Positions 26,132 to 38,711 of a stretch of DNA of 64,000 bases are shown in pieces. Under the pieces are notes generated by a model. That model was not told the origin of the DNA. It saw only the letters and a program-made list of their open reading frames with translations, and made no database searches. The stretch comes from Escherichia coli (GTDB lineage: Bacteria; Pseudomonadota; Gammaproteobacteria; Enterobacterales; Enterobacteriaceae): assembly GCF_044324785.1 (NCBI RefSeq), contig NZ_CP172127.1. One strand, given 5' to 3'. The position numbers were made by a program, and so were the translations under genes. The first letter of the stretch is position 1. Each line of letters opens with the position of its first letter.

Positions 26132-26678
26132 AGTAAAAAGCCTTCCTCGTATCGTGCAGAACGTACAAAACTGTTCATTTTTCAATCACCAGAGATTCAC
26201 GTCCCGAACGCACAAATAATCGCCTGAAAAAAATCACCTGCTACAATGATGTTAAAAAATACGTAAATTTGTTGCTGCGTTTTTGTTATGGAATGACAAA
26301 AGCGTGTCACAGATCAAGAAAATACTCTCTTTTGGGGGGAGGAATCGACACAAATTCCTGTCAAAATAGACCCGTATTTTTTCCATTGCTTCACAACGGA
26401 CACGATTCAACAACATCTAATTATCCTGGAGTCGTCAAGGATCTGGGGTGAAAGGGCATTAAATGCTAATGGTGTTGATATTATGTAAACTAATGTGAAG
26501 AAACTTTTGTTAAAGTTGACAAAAGGTTATAGAAAGGAGTAAAAGACCACATCAATTAGCTGTATAAAAGAGTTTCTACAGTGATTGTAAGGTTTTTTTT
26601 ATTCCTCCCCATGAATCGATGTGGCGTCCATCTGCCGTGAAGAGCAGTGAATCTGGCGCTACTTTTGATGAGTAAGCA

Positions 26679-27122
26679 ATGAGTATGTCAACATCCACTG
26701 AAGTCATCGCTCATCACTGGGCATTCGCTATCTTTCTTATCGTTGCCATTGGCCTGTGTTGCCTGATGCTGGTAGGCGGTTGGTTTTTAGGCGGTCGCGC
26801 ACGCGCGAGGTCGAAAAACGTGCCGTTTGAATCCGGTATCGACTCGGTCGGCTCCGCCCGCTTACGCCTGTCCGCCAAGTTTTATCTGGTGGCCATGTTC
26901 TTCGTTATCTTCGACGTTGAAGCGCTGTATCTGTTCGCATGGTCAACCTCTATCCGCGAAAGCGGCTGGGTAGGCTTTGTGGAAGCTGCAATTTTTATTT
27001 TTGTGTTACTGGCAGGTCTGGTTTATCTGGTGCGTATTGGCGCGCTGGACTGGACGCCCGCGCGTTCACGCCGCGAGCGTATGAACCCGGAAACGAACAG
27101 TATCGCTAATCGTCAACGCTAA
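26679..27122 (+). CDS. nuoA: NADH-quinone oxidoreductase subunit A
   Basis: 147 aa membrane subunit; first gene of a contiguous 13-gene nuo cluster. Confidence 0.96.
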
Positions 27123-27137
27123 CCGCGAGGCATTAAG

Positions 27138-27800
27138 ATGGATTATACGCTCACCCGCATAGATCCCAACGGTGAGAACGACCGTTACCCCCTGCAAAAG
27201 CAGGAGATCGTAACCGACCCTCTGGAGCAAGAAGTTAACAAAAACGTGTTTATGGGCAAGCTCAATGACATGGTTAACTGGGGTCGTAAAAACTCAATTT
27301 GGCCGTATAACTTCGGTCTTTCCTGCTGTTACGTTGAGATGGTGACTTCGTTTACCGCGGTGCATGACGTGGCGCGTTTTGGCGCAGAAGTATTGCGTGC
27401 TTCGCCGCGTCAGGCTGACCTGATGGTGGTGGCAGGAACCTGCTTTACCAAAATGGCACCGGTTATTCAGCGTCTGTATGACCAGATGCTGGAACCAAAA
27501 TGGGTTATCTCAATGGGTGCCTGTGCCAACTCTGGCGGTATGTACGATATTTATTCCGTTGTGCAGGGCGTTGATAAATTCATCCCGGTTGATGTGTATA
27601 TCCCGGGCTGCCCGCCACGTCCTGAAGCGTACATGCAGGCACTGATGCTGTTGCAGGAATCTATCGGCAAAGAACGTCGTCCGCTCTCCTGGGTGGTTGG
27701 CGATCAGGGCGTTTATCGCGCCAATATGCAATCAGAGCGCGAACGCAAGCGCGGTGAACGCATTGCCGTAACCAACCTGCGTACACCTGACGAGATTTAA
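27138..27800 (+). CDS. nuoB: NADH-quinone oxidoreductase subunit B
   Basis: 220 aa; Fe-S ligand motifs SCCYVEM and GCPPRP. Confidence 0.96.
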
Positions 27801-27905
27801 TTTGCGCCTGTCGGCAAAGGGATTTTTCTTCGCTTATTCCTAAATCTATTTCGCGAAGCTTACTGCGCCGACAGTCACCACGGACCATTTGCAATGGTGA
27901 ACAAT

Positions 27906-29696
27906 ATGACCGACTTAACCGCGCAAGAACCCGCCTGGCAGACCCGCGATCATCTTGATGATCCGGTGATTGGCGAACTGCGCAACCGTTTTGGGCCGGA
28001 TGCCTTTACTGTTCAGGCGACTCGCACCGGGGTTCCCGTTGTGTGGATCAAGCGTGAACAATTACTGGAAGTGGCCGATTTCTTAAAGAAACTGCCGAAA
28101 CCTTACGTCATGCTGTTTGACTTACACGGCATGGACGAACGTCTGCGCACACACCGCGAAGGGTTACCTGCCGCGGATTTTTCCGTTTTCTACCATCTGA
28201 TTTCTATCGATCGTAACCGCGACATCATGCTGAAAGTGGCGCTGGCAGAAAACGACCTGCACGTACCGACCTTCACCAAACTGTTCCCGAACGCTAACTG
28301 GTATGAGCGTGAAACCTGGGATCTGTTTGGCATTACTTTCGACGGTCACCCGAACCTGCGCCGCATCATGATGCCGCAAACCTGGAAAGGTCACCCGCTG
28401 CGTAAAGATTACCCGGCGCGCGCTACCGAATTCTCGCCGTTTGAGCTGACCAAAGCCAAACAGGATCTGGAAATGGAAGCCCTGACCTTCAAACCGGAAG
28501 AGTGGGGGATGAAGCGCGGCACCGAAAACGAGGACTTCATGTTCCTCAACCTCGGTCCGAACCACCCGTCGGCGCACGGGGCTTTCCGTATCGTTTTACA
28601 ACTCGATGGCGAAGAGATTGTCGACTGCGTACCAGACATCGGTTACCACCACCGTGGTGCAGAGAAAATGGGCGAACGCCAGTCCTGGCACAGCTACATT
28701 CCTTATACCGACCGTATCGAATACCTCGGCGGCTGCGTTAACGAAATGCCTTACGTGCTGGCGGTAGAGAAACTGGCCGGGATCACCGTGCCGGATCGCG
28801 TTAACGTCATTCGCGTAATGCTCTCCGAACTGTTCCGCATCAACAGCCACCTGCTGTATATCTCGACCTTTATTCAGGACGTCGGCGCGATGACGCCAGT
28901 GTTCTTCGCCTTTACCGATCGTCAGAAAATTTACGATCTGGTGGAAGCAATCACTGGTTTTCGTATGCACCCGGCGTGGTTCCGTATTGGCGGCGTAGCG
29001 CACGACCTGCCGCATGGCTGGGATCGCCTGCTGCGTGAGTTCCTCGACTGGATGCCGAAACGTCTGGCGTCTTACGAGAAAGCGGCGCTGCAAAACACCA
29101 TTCTGAAAGGTCGTTCCCAGGGCGTTGCCGCCTATGGCGCGAAAGAGGCGCTGGAGTGGGGCACCACCGGCGCGGGCCTTCGTGCTACCGGGATCGACTT
29201 CGACGTGCGTAAGGCGCGTCCTTATTCTGGCTATGAAAACTTCGACTTTGAAATCCCGGTTGGTGGTGGTGTTTCTGACTGCTACACCCGCGTAATGCTG
29301 AAAGTGGAAGAGCTGCGCCAGAGTCTGCGCATTCTTGAGCAGTGCCTCAACAACATGCCGGAAGGCCCGTTCAAAGCGGATCACCCGCTGACCACGCCGC
29401 CGCCGAAAGAGCGCACGCTGCAACATATCGAAACCCTGATCACCCACTTCCTGCAAGTGTCGTGGGGGCCGGTGATGCCTGCCAATGAATCCTTCCAGAT
29501 GATTGAGGCGACCAAGGGGATCAACAGTTACTACCTGACCAGCGACGGTAGCACCATGAGTTATCGCACCCGTATCCGTACGCCGAGTTATGCGCATTTG
29601 CAGCAAATTCCGGCGGCGATCCGCGGCAGCCTGGTGTCTGACCTGATTGTTTATCTGGGCAGTATCGATTTTGTTATGTCAGATGTGGACCGCTAA
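27906..29696 (+). CDS. nuoC: NADH-quinone oxidoreductase fused subunit C/D
   Basis: Track ORF 27894..29696 (MVNNMTDL...); start placed at the second ATG (MTDLTAQEP) which has a better-spaced GGTGA Shine-Dalgarno; about 596 aa; the start is ambiguous by 4 codons. Confidence 0.93.
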   Translation: MTDLTAQEPAWQTRDHLDDPVIGELRNRFGPDAFTVQATRTGVPVVWIKREQLLEVADFLKKLPKPYVMLFDLHGMDERLRTHREGLPAADFSVFYHLISIDRNRDIMLKVALAENDLHVPTFTKLFPNANWYERETWDLFGITFDGHPNLRRIMMPQTWKGHPLRKDYPARATEFSPFELTKAKQDLEMEALTFKPEEWGMKRGTENEDFMFLNLGPNHPSAHGAFRIVLQLDGEEIVDCVPDIGYHHRGAEKMGERQSWHSYIPYTDRIEYLGGCVNEMPYVLAVEKLAGITVPDRVNVIRVMLSELFRINSHLLYISTFIQDVGAMTPVFFAFTDRQKIYDLVEAITGFRMHPAWFRIGGVAHDLPHGWDRLLREFLDWMPKRLASYEKAALQNTILKGRSQGVAAYGAKEALEWGTTGAGLRATGIDFDVRKARPYSGYENFDFEIPVGGGVSDCYTRVMLKVEELRQSLRILEQCLNNMPEGPFKADHPLTTPPPKERTLQHIETLITHFLQVSWGPVMPANESFQMIEATKGINSYYLTSDGSTMSYRTRIRTPSYAHLQQIPAAIRGSLVSDLIVYLGSIDFVMSDVDR

Positions 29697-29698
29697 TT

Positions 29699-30199
29699 AT
29701 GCACGAGAATCAACAACCACAAACCGAGGCTTTTGAGCTGAGTGCGGCAGAGCGTGAAGCGATTGAGCACGAGATGCACCACTACGAAGACCCGCGTGCG
29801 GCGTCCATTGAAGCGCTGAAAATCGTTCAGAAGCAGCGTGGCTGGGTGCCGGATGGCGCGATCCACGCGATCGCCGATGTGCTGGGTATTCCGGCGAGCG
29901 ACGTCGAAGGCGTGGCAACGTTCTATAGCCAGATCTTCCGCCAGCCGGTTGGTCGCCATGTGATCCGTTATTGCGACAGCGTGGTCTGTCATATCAACGG
30001 TTATCAGGGTATTCAGGCGGCGCTCGAGAAAAAGCTGAACATCAAACCAGGGCAAACGACATTTGATGGCCGCTTTACGCTGCTGCCAACTTGCTGCCTG
30101 GGGAACTGTGATAAAGGGCCAAACATGATGATCGATGAGGATACTCACGCACATCTGACCCCGGAAGCGATCCCTGAACTGCTGGAGCGGTATAAATGA
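29699..30199 (+). CDS. nuoE: NADH-quinone oxidoreductase subunit E
   Basis: 166 aa; 2Fe-2S thioredoxin-like cysteines (CDSVVC ... [10 protein letters not shown]). Confidence 0.96.
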
Positions 30200-31533
30200 A
30201 AAACATTATCCGTACTCCCGAAACGCATCCGCTGACCTGGCGTCTGCGCGATGACAAACAGCCAGTGTGGCTGGACGAATATCGCAGCAAAAACGGTTAC
30301 GAAGGCGCGCGTAAGGCGCTGACCGGGCTGTCTCCGGACGAAATCGTTAATCAGGTAAAAGACGCTGGTCTGAAAGGGCGCGGCGGCGCGGGCTTTTCGA
30401 CTGGTCTGAAATGGAGCCTGATGCCGAAAGACGAATCCATGAACATCCGTTACCTGCTGTGTAACGCGGATGAAATGGAGCCGGGCACCTATAAAGACCG
30501 CCTGTTGATGGAGCAACTGCCGCACCTGCTGGTGGAAGGTATGCTCATCTCCGCGTTTGCCCTGAAAGCGTACCGTGGCTACATCTTCCTGCGTGGCGAG
30601 TATATCGAAGCGGCAGTGAATCTGCGCCGTGCCATTGCCGAAGCCACCGAAGCGGGTCTGCTTGGCAAAAACATTATGGGAACAGGTTTCGACTTCGAAT
30701 TGTTCGTCCATACCGGGGCAGGGCGCTACATTTGCGGTGAAGAAACAGCGTTAATCAACTCCCTGGAAGGGCGTCGCGCTAACCCACGCTCGAAGCCTCC
30801 ATTCCCGGCAACCTCCGGTGCATGGGGCAAACCGACCTGTGTCAATAACGTCGAAACCCTGTGTAACGTTCCGGCGATCCTTGCTAACGGCGTGGAGTGG
30901 TATCAGAACATCTCGAAAAGTAAAGATGCTGGCACCAAGCTGATGGGCTTCTCCGGTCGGGTGAAAAATCCAGGCCTGTGGGAACTGCCGTTTGGTACTA
31001 CCGCGCGCGAGATCCTCGAAGATTACGCCGGTGGTATGCGTGACGGTCTGAAATTCAAAGCCTGGCAGCCAGGCGGCGCGGGCACCGACTTCCTGACCGA
31101 AGCGCATCTTGACCTGCCGATGGAATTCGAAAGTATCGGTAAAGCGGGAAGCCGTCTGGGTACGGCGCTGGCGATGGCGGTTGACCATGAGATCAACATG
31201 GTGTCGCTGGTGCGTAACCTGGAAGAGTTTTTCGCCCGTGAGTCCTGCGGCTGGTGTACGCCGTGCCGCGACGGTCTGCCGTGGAGCGTGAAAATTCTGC
31301 GTGCGCTGGAGCGTGGCGAAGGTCAGCCGGGCGATATCGAAACACTTGAGCAACTGTGTCGATTCTTAGGCCCGGGTAAAACTTTCTGTGCCCACGCACC
31401 TGGTGCAGTGGAGCCGTTACAGAGCGCCATCAAATATTTCCGCGAAGAATTTGAGGCGGGAATCAAACAGCCGTTCAGCAATACCCATTTGATTAATGGG
31501 ATTCAGCCGAACCTGCTGAAAGAGCGCTGGTAA
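30196..31533 (+). CDS. nuoF: NADH-quinone oxidoreductase subunit F
   Basis: 445 aa; NADH/FMN-binding glycine-rich region [10 protein letters not shown]; 4-nt overlap with nuoE. Confidence 0.96.
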   Translation: MKNIIRTPETHPLTWRLRDDKQPVWLDEYRSKNGYEGARKALTGLSPDEIVNQVKDAGLKGRGGAGFSTGLKWSLMPKDESMNIRYLLCNADEMEPGTYKDRLLMEQLPHLLVEGMLISAFALKAYRGYIFLRGEYIEAAVNLRRAIAEATEAGLLGKNIMGTGFDFELFVHTGAGRYICGEETALINSLEGRRANPRSKPPFPATSGAWGKPTCVNNVETLCNVPAILANGVEWYQNISKSKDAGTKLMGFSGRVKNPGLWELPFGTTAREILEDYAGGMRDGLKFKAWQPGGAGTDFLTEAHLDLPMEFESIGKAGSRLGTALAMAVDHEINMVSLVRNLEEFFARESCGWCTPCRDGLPWSVKILRALERGEGQPGDIETLEQLCRFLGPGKTFCAHAPGAVEPLQSAIKYFREEFEAGIKQPFSNTHLINGIQPNLLKERW

Positions 31534-31585
31534 CCGAATTTCGATTAACGCTCAGTCTCTGACTGAGAAAACTGGAAGCATGCTA

Positions 31586-34312
31586 ATGGCTACAATTCAT
31601 GTAGACGGCAAAGAATACGAGGTCAACGGAGCGGACAACCTGCTGGAAGCTTGTCTGTCTCTGGGCCTTGATATTCCTTACTTTTGCTGGCATCCGGCGC
31701 TGGGAAGCGTCGGTGCTTGCCGCCAGTGTGCGGTGAAGCAATACCAAAACGCGGAAGACACGCGTGGTCGCCTGGTGATGTCCTGTATGACACCGGCTTC
31801 CGATGGCACCTTTATTTCAATTGACGACGAAGAAGCGAAACAGTTCCGTGAAAGTGTGGTCGAGTGGTTAATGACCAACCACCCGCACGACTGTCCGGTA
31901 TGTGAAGAGGGCGGTAACTGCCATCTTCAGGATATGACTGTGATGACCGGACACAGCTTCCGTCGCTACCGTTTCACCAAACGTACCCACCGTAATCAGG
32001 ATTTGGGGCCATTCATCTCTCACGAAATGAACCGCTGCATCGCCTGCTACCGCTGCGTGCGTTACTACAAAGATTACGCTGACGGCACGGACCTGGGCGT
32101 TTACGGTGCGCACGACAACGTCTACTTCGGTCGCCCGGAAGACGGCACGCTGGAAAGCGAATTTTCCGGTAACCTGGTCGAAATTTGCCCGACCGGCGTA
32201 TTCACCGACAAAACGCACTCCGAGCGTTACAACCGTAAATGGGATATGCAGTTTGCGCCGAGCATCTGCCAGCAATGTTCCATCGGCTGTAACATCAGCC
32301 CCGGCGAGCGTTACGGCGAACTGCGTCGTATCGAAAACCGTTACAACGGTACGGTAAACCACTACTTCCTCTGCGACCGTGGTCGTTTCGGTTACGGTTA
32401 CGTCAACCTGAAAGATCGTCCGCGTCAGCCAGTACAGCGTCGTGGCGATGATTTCATTACCCTCAATGCCGAACAGGCAATGCAGGGCGCAGCAGATATT
32501 CTGCGTCAGTCGAAGAAAGTGATCGGTATTGGTTCTCCGCGTGCCAGCGTGGAAAGCAACTTTGCGCTGCGTGAGCTGGTGGGCGAAGAAAACTTCTACA
32601 CCGGTATCGCTCACGGTGAGCAGGAACGTCTGCAACTGGCGCTGAAAGTACTGCGTGAAGGCGGCATTTATACGCCGGCACTGCGCGAAATCGAATCTTA
32701 CGATGCGGTACTGGTGCTGGGCGAAGACGTTACCCAGACCGGCGCGCGCGTCGCGCTGGCAGTTCGTCAGGCGGTGAAAGGTAAAGCGCGCGAAATGGCG
32801 GCAGCACAGAAAGTGGCTGACTGGCAGATTGCGGCAATCCTCAACATCGGTCAACGTGCGAAGCATCCGCTGTTTGTTACCAACGTTGATGACACCCGTC
32901 TGGATGATATCGCGGCGTGGACTTACCGCGCACCGGTTGAAGATCAGGCGCGTTTAGGTTTTGCCATCGCTCATGCGCTGGATAACTCTGCACCAGCGGT
33001 TGACGGTATTGAGCCTGAGCTGCAAAGCAAAATCGACGTCATCGTGCAGGCACTGGCTGGTGCGAAGAAACCGTTGATTATCTCCGGGACGAACGCTGGT
33101 AGCGCTGAAGTGATTCAGGCTGCGGCTAACGTGGCGAAAGCCCTGAAAGGTCGCGGCGCTGACGTCGGTATCACCATGATTGCCCGTTCCGTCAACAGCA
33201 TGGGGCTGGGCATTATGGGCGGTGGATCGCTTGAAGAAGCGTTAACCGAACTGGAAACCGGACGCGCCGACGCGGTGGTGGTGCTGGAAAACGATCTGCA
33301 TCGTCACGCTTCCGCTACCCGCGTGAATGCTGCGCTGGCTAAAGCGCCGCTGGTGATGGTGGTTGACCATCAACGCACAGCGATTATGGAAAACGCCCAT
33401 CTGGTACTTTCCGCCGCCAGCTTTGCTGAAAGCGACGGTACGGTGATCAACAACGAAGGCCGCGCCCAACGTTTCTTCCAGGTTTACGATCCGGCTTATT
33501 ACGACAGCAAAACTGTCATGCTGGAAAGCTGGCGCTGGCTGCACTCGCTGCATAGCACCCTGCTGAGCCGTGAAGTGGACTGGACGCAGCTCGACCACGT
33601 GATTGACGCTGTTGTGGCGAAAATCCCGGAACTGGCAGGTATCAAAGATGCTGCGCCGGATGCGACATTCCGTATTCGTGGGCAGAAACTGGCCCGTGAG
33701 CCGCACCGTTACAGCGGTCGTACCGCCATGCGCGCCAACATCAGCGTTCATGAGCCGCGTCAGCCGCAGGATATTGACACCATGTTCACCTTCTCGATGG
33801 AAGGTAACAACCAGCCGACCGCGCACCGTTCGCAAGTGCCGTTTGCCTGGGCACCGGGCTGGAACTCCCCGCAGGCGTGGAACAAATTCCAGGACGAAGT
33901 GGGCGGCAAACTGCGCTTTGGCGATCCAGGTGTGCGTCTGTTTGAAACCAGCGAAAACGGTCTGGATTACTTCACCAGCGTACCGGCACGCTTCCAGCCG
34001 CAGGCAGGGAAATGGCGTATCGCGCCGTACTACCACCTGTTTGGCAGCGATGAATTGTCACAGCGTGCTCCGGTTTTCCAGAGCCGTATGCCACAGCCGT
34101 ACATCAAACTTAACCCGGCGGATGCCGCGAAGTTGGGTGTGAACGCGGGCACTCGCGTCTCCTTTAGCTACGATGGCAACACGGTCACGCTGCCGGTTGA
34201 AATCGCCGAAGGGCTGACGGCAGGGCAGGTTGGCTTGCCGATGGGTATGTCCGGCATTGCTCCGGTGCTGGCGGGCGCGCATCTTGAGGATCTCAAGGAG
34301 GCACAACAATGA
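31586..34312 (+). CDS. nuoG: NADH-quinone oxidoreductase subunit G
   Basis: Track ORF 31580..34312; start placed at [13 protein letters not shown] giving 908 aa; N-terminal Fe-S cysteine clusters. Confidence 0.95.
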
Positions 34313-35286
34313 GTTGGATATCACCGGAACTGATTGAGATCCTGCTGACCATCCTCAAAGCGGTGGTGATCCTACTGGTGGTTGTCACCTGTGGGGCATT
34401 CATGAGCTTTGGCGAACGTCGCCTGCTGGGTCTGTTCCAGAACCGTTACGGACCTAACCGTGTTGGCTGGGGCGGTTCGCTCCAGCTGGTTGCGGACATG
34501 ATCAAAATGTTCTTTAAAGAAGACTGGATCCCGAAATTCTCGGATCGCGTCATCTTTACCCTGGCACCGATGATTGCCTTTACCTCGCTGCTGCTGGCCT
34601 TTGCGATTGTGCCAGTCAGCCCAGGTTGGGTGGTTGCCGACCTGAACATCGGGATTTTGTTCTTCCTGATGATGGCAGGTCTGGCGGTTTACGCGGTGCT
34701 GTTTGCGGGCTGGTCAAGTAACAACAAATACTCGCTGCTGGGTGCGATGCGTGCTTCTGCGCAGACCCTGAGCTACGAAGTGTTCCTCGGGCTTTCCCTG
34801 ATGGGCGTGGTGGCGCAGGCCGGTTCATTCAACATGACCGACATCGTCAATAGCCAGGCGCATGTGTGGAACGTCATCCCGCAATTCTTTGGTTTTATTA
34901 CCTTTGCCATCGCGGGCGTGGCGGTGTGTCACCGTCACCCGTTTGACCAGCCGGAAGCCGAGCAGGAACTGGCGGATGGTTACCACATTGAATATTCCGG
35001 TATGAAGTTCGGTCTGTTCTTCGTGGGTGAGTACATCGGGATTGTGACCATCTCTGCACTGATGGTGACGCTGTTCTTCGGTGGCTGGCAAGGCCCGTTG
35101 TTACCGCCATTCATCTGGTTCGCGCTGAAAACCGCGTTCTTTATGATGATGTTTATTTTGATTCGTGCGTCGTTACCGCGTCCGCGTTATGACCAGGTAA
35201 TGTCCTTCGGCTGGAAAATCTGCCTGCCGCTGACGCTGATCAACTTGCTGGTAACGGCGGCTGTCATTCTCTGGCAGGCGCAATAA
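34309..35286 (+). CDS. nuoH: NADH-quinone oxidoreductase subunit H
   Basis: 325 aa polytopic membrane protein; 4-nt overlap with nuoG. Confidence 0.96.
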
Positions 35287-35300
35287 GGGGCAATAAGACC

Positions 35301-35843
35301 ATGACCTTAAAAGAATTGTTAGTAGGTTTCGGCACCCAGGTTCGTAGTATCTGGATGATCGGCCTGCACGCGTTCGCCAAACGCGAAACGCGAATGTACC
35401 CGGAAGAGCCGGTCTATCTGCCGCCCCGTTATCGTGGTCGTATCGTTCTGACCCGCGATCCGGACGGCGAAGAGCGTTGCGTAGCCTGTAACCTCTGCGC
35501 GGTAGCCTGCCCGGTCGGCTGTATCTCGCTGCAAAAAGCAGAAACCAAAGACGGTCGCTGGTATCCGGAATTTTTCCGCATCAACTTCTCACGCTGCATT
35601 TTCTGTGGTCTGTGCGAAGAAGCCTGTCCGACCACGGCGATTCAGTTAACCCCGGATTTCGAAATGGGGGAATACAAACGCCAGGATCTGGTTTACGAGA
35701 AAGAGGATCTGCTGATCTCCGGTCCGGGCAAATACCCGGAATATAACTTCTACCGGATGGCAGGTATGGCAATCGACGGCAAAGATAAGGGCGAAGCAGA
35801 GAACGAAGCCAAGCCTATCGACGTCAAGAGCCTGTTACCGTAA
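35301..35843 (+). CDS. nuoI: NADH-quinone oxidoreductase subunit I
   Basis: 180 aa; two 4Fe-4S ferredoxin motifs ([12 protein letters not shown] and [12 protein letters not shown]). Confidence 0.96.
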
Positions 35844-35854
35844 GGAGAGGGGCA

Positions 35855-36409
35855 ATGGAGTTCGCTTTTTATATCTGTGGCCTGATAGCCATACTTGCGA
35901 CCTTGCGAGTGATCACCCATACCAATCCGGTACACGCACTGCTGTACCTGATTATTTCGCTGCTGGCGATTTCTGGGGTGTTCTTCTCACTGGGCGCTTA
36001 CTTCGCCGGTGCGCTGGAAATTATCGTCTACGCGGGTGCCATTATGGTGCTGTTCGTGTTCGTGGTGATGATGCTCAACCTGGGCGGTTCAGAAATTGAA
36101 CAGGAACGCCAGTGGCTGAAACCGCAGGTGTGGATTGGTCCGGCAATTTTGTCGGCCATCATGCTGGTGGTGATTGTTTACGCCATTCTCGGTGTTAACG
36201 ATCAGGGTATCGACGGTACGCCAATCAGTGCTAAAGCAGTGGGTATTACGCTGTTCGGGCCTTACGTACTGGCGGTGGAACTGGCTTCTATGCTGCTGCT
36301 CGCGGGTCTGGTTGTTGCTTTCCACGTTGGTCGTGAAGAGCGAGCGGGTGAAGTGCTGAGCAATCGTAAAGACGACAGCGCGAAAAGAAAAACGGAGGAG
36401 CACGCATGA
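35855..36409 (+). CDS. nuoJ: NADH-quinone oxidoreductase subunit J
   Basis: 184 aa membrane subunit. Confidence 0.95.
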
Positions 36410-36708
36410 TCCCCTTACAACATGGACTGATCCTCGCGGCAATCTTATTCGTTCTTGGCTTAACCGGTCTGGTTATCCGTCGCAATCTGCTGTTTATGCT
36501 GATTGGTCTGGAAATCATGATTAACGCCTCCGCGCTGGCCTTTGTGGTCGCCGGAAGCTACTGGGGCCAGACCGACGGTCAGGTGATGTACATTCTCGCC
36601 ATCAGCCTCGCGGCGGCAGAAGCAAGTATCGGCCTTGCGCTGCTACTGCAACTTCACCGTCGTCGCCAGAACCTGAACATCGATTCAGTAAGTGAGATGC
36701 GCGGATGA
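36406..36708 (+). CDS. nuoK: NADH-quinone oxidoreductase subunit K
   Basis: 100 aa membrane subunit; 4-nt overlap with nuoJ. Confidence 0.95.
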
Positions 36709-38546
36709 ACATGCTTGCCTTAACCATTATTTTGCCATTGATTGGCTTCGTCCTGCTGGCGTTCTCCCGTGGGCGCTGGTCTGAAAACGTCTCGGCGATC
36801 GTCGGCGTTGGCTCTGTGGGCCTGGCGGCGCTGGTAACCGCCTTTATCGGCGTTGATTTCTTCGCTAACGGCGAGCAGGCATACAGCCAGCCGCTGTGGA
36901 CGTGGATGTCGGTAGGCGACTTTAACATCGGTTTTAACCTGGTGCTGGACGGCCTGTCGCTGACCATGCTCTCGGTGGTCACTGGTGTGGGTTTCCTTAT
37001 TCATATGTACGCCTCCTGGTATATGCGCGGTGAAGAGGGCTACTCTCGCTTCTTCGCTTACACCAACCTGTTCATCGCCAGCATGGTAGTTCTGGTGCTT
37101 GCCGACAACCTGCTGCTGATGTACCTCGGCTGGGAAGGCGTGGGCCTGTGCTCCTATCTGCTGATCGGTTTCTATTACACCGATCCGAAGAATGGCGCAG
37201 CGGCAATGAAAGCGTTCGTCGTGACCCGTGTGGGTGACGTCTTCCTCGCTTTCGCGCTGTTCATTCTTTACAACGAACTGGGCACCCTGAACTTCCGCGA
37301 AATGGTGGAACTGGCACCAGCGCACTTTGCTGACGGCAATAACATGCTGATGTGGGCGACGCTGATGCTGCTGGGCGGTGCGGTCGGTAAATCTGCGCAG
37401 TTGCCGTTGCAGACATGGCTTGCCGACGCGATGGCGGGCCCGACGCCTGTCTCCGCGCTGATCCACGCCGCAACCATGGTAACCGCGGGTGTCTACCTGA
37501 TCGCCCGTAGCCACGGCCTGTTCCTGATGACCCCGGAAGTTCTGCATCTGGTGGGCATTGTCGGGGCGGTTACGCTGCTGCTGGCCGGTTTTGCCGCGCT
37601 GGTACAGACCGATATCAAACGTGTTCTCGCTTACTCTACCATGAGCCAGATTGGCTACATGTTCCTCGCGCTTGGCGTGCAGGCATGGGATGCGGCGATT
37701 TTCCACTTGATGACTCACGCGTTCTTTAAAGCGCTGCTGTTCCTGGCATCCGGTTCCGTCATTCTGGCCTGCCATCACGAACAGAACATCTTCAAGATGG
37801 GCGGTCTGCGTAAATCTATTCCGCTGGTTTATCTCTGTTTCCTGGTGGGCGGCGCAGCACTGTCGGCACTGCCGCTGGTCACTGCGGGCTTCTTCAGTAA
37901 GGATGAGATCCTCGCGGGTGCGATGGCGAATGGTCATATCAATCTGATGGTGGCTGGTCTGGTCGGTGCGTTTATGACCTCGCTCTACACCTTCCGTATG
38001 ATTTTCATCGTCTTCCACGGAAAAGAACAAATTCACGCTCACGCCGTGAAAGGGATAACTCACAGCCTGCCGCTGATTGTGCTGCTGATCCTTTCCACCT
38101 TCGTTGGCGCACTGATTGTACCGCCGCTGCAGGGCGTGCTCCCGCAAACGACGGAGCTGGCGCACGGCAGCATGTTGACCCTGGAAATTACCTCTGGTGT
38201 GGTCGCGGTGGTCGGCATTCTGCTGGCAGCCTGGCTGTGGCTGGGTAAACGTACTCTGGTGACCTCCATCGCCAACAGTGCGCCGGGCCGTCTGCTGGGC
38301 ACCTGGTGGTACAACGCCTGGGGCTTTGACTGGCTGTACGACAAAGTGTTCGTCAAGCCGTTCCTGGGTATTGCCTGGTTGCTGAAACGCGATCCGCTGA
38401 ACTCAATGATGAACATCCCGGCTGTCCTTTCCCGCTTTGCAGGTAAAGGTCTGCTGTTAAGCGAGAACGGTTATCTGCGCTGGTATGTGGCATCCATGAG
38501 CATCGGTGCGGTCGTGGTGCTGGCACTGTTGATGGTACTGCGTTGA
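36705..38546 (+). CDS. nuoL: NADH-quinone oxidoreductase subunit L
   Basis: 613 aa antiporter-like membrane subunit. Confidence 0.96.
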
Positions 38547-38551
38547 GTTAA

Positions 38552-38638
38552 GGATTGTGGGCTTGCCCCTGGGCATATAAGAACGTAGGTCGGATAAGCC
38601 GCCTTCGCGGCGCATCCGACACTACAACCACAATCCGA
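38552..38638. repeat. REP element within a larger palindrome in the nuoL-nuoM intergenic region
   Basis: GTAGGTCGGATAAGCCGCCTTCGCGGCGCATCCGACAC (REP-like) flanked by the inverted pair GGATTGTGG / CCACAATCC. Confidence 0.7.
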
Positions 38639-38711
38639 AGAGAATTTTCTGTCGTGAGAATTCGTTGAAAATCCGGTCCTGACGGGACTTTTACAAGGAA
38701 TAAAGATCGCC

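Noticed and set aside
28596-29606. 336-aa ORF on the minus strand
   Set aside because: Antisense to nuoC; shadow ORF with Arg/His-rich composition
31868-32866. 332-aa ORF on the minus strand
   Set aside because: Antisense to nuoG; shadow ORF
36720-38165. 481-aa ORF on the minus strand
   Set aside because: Antisense to nuoL; Arg/Gln/His-rich shadow ORF
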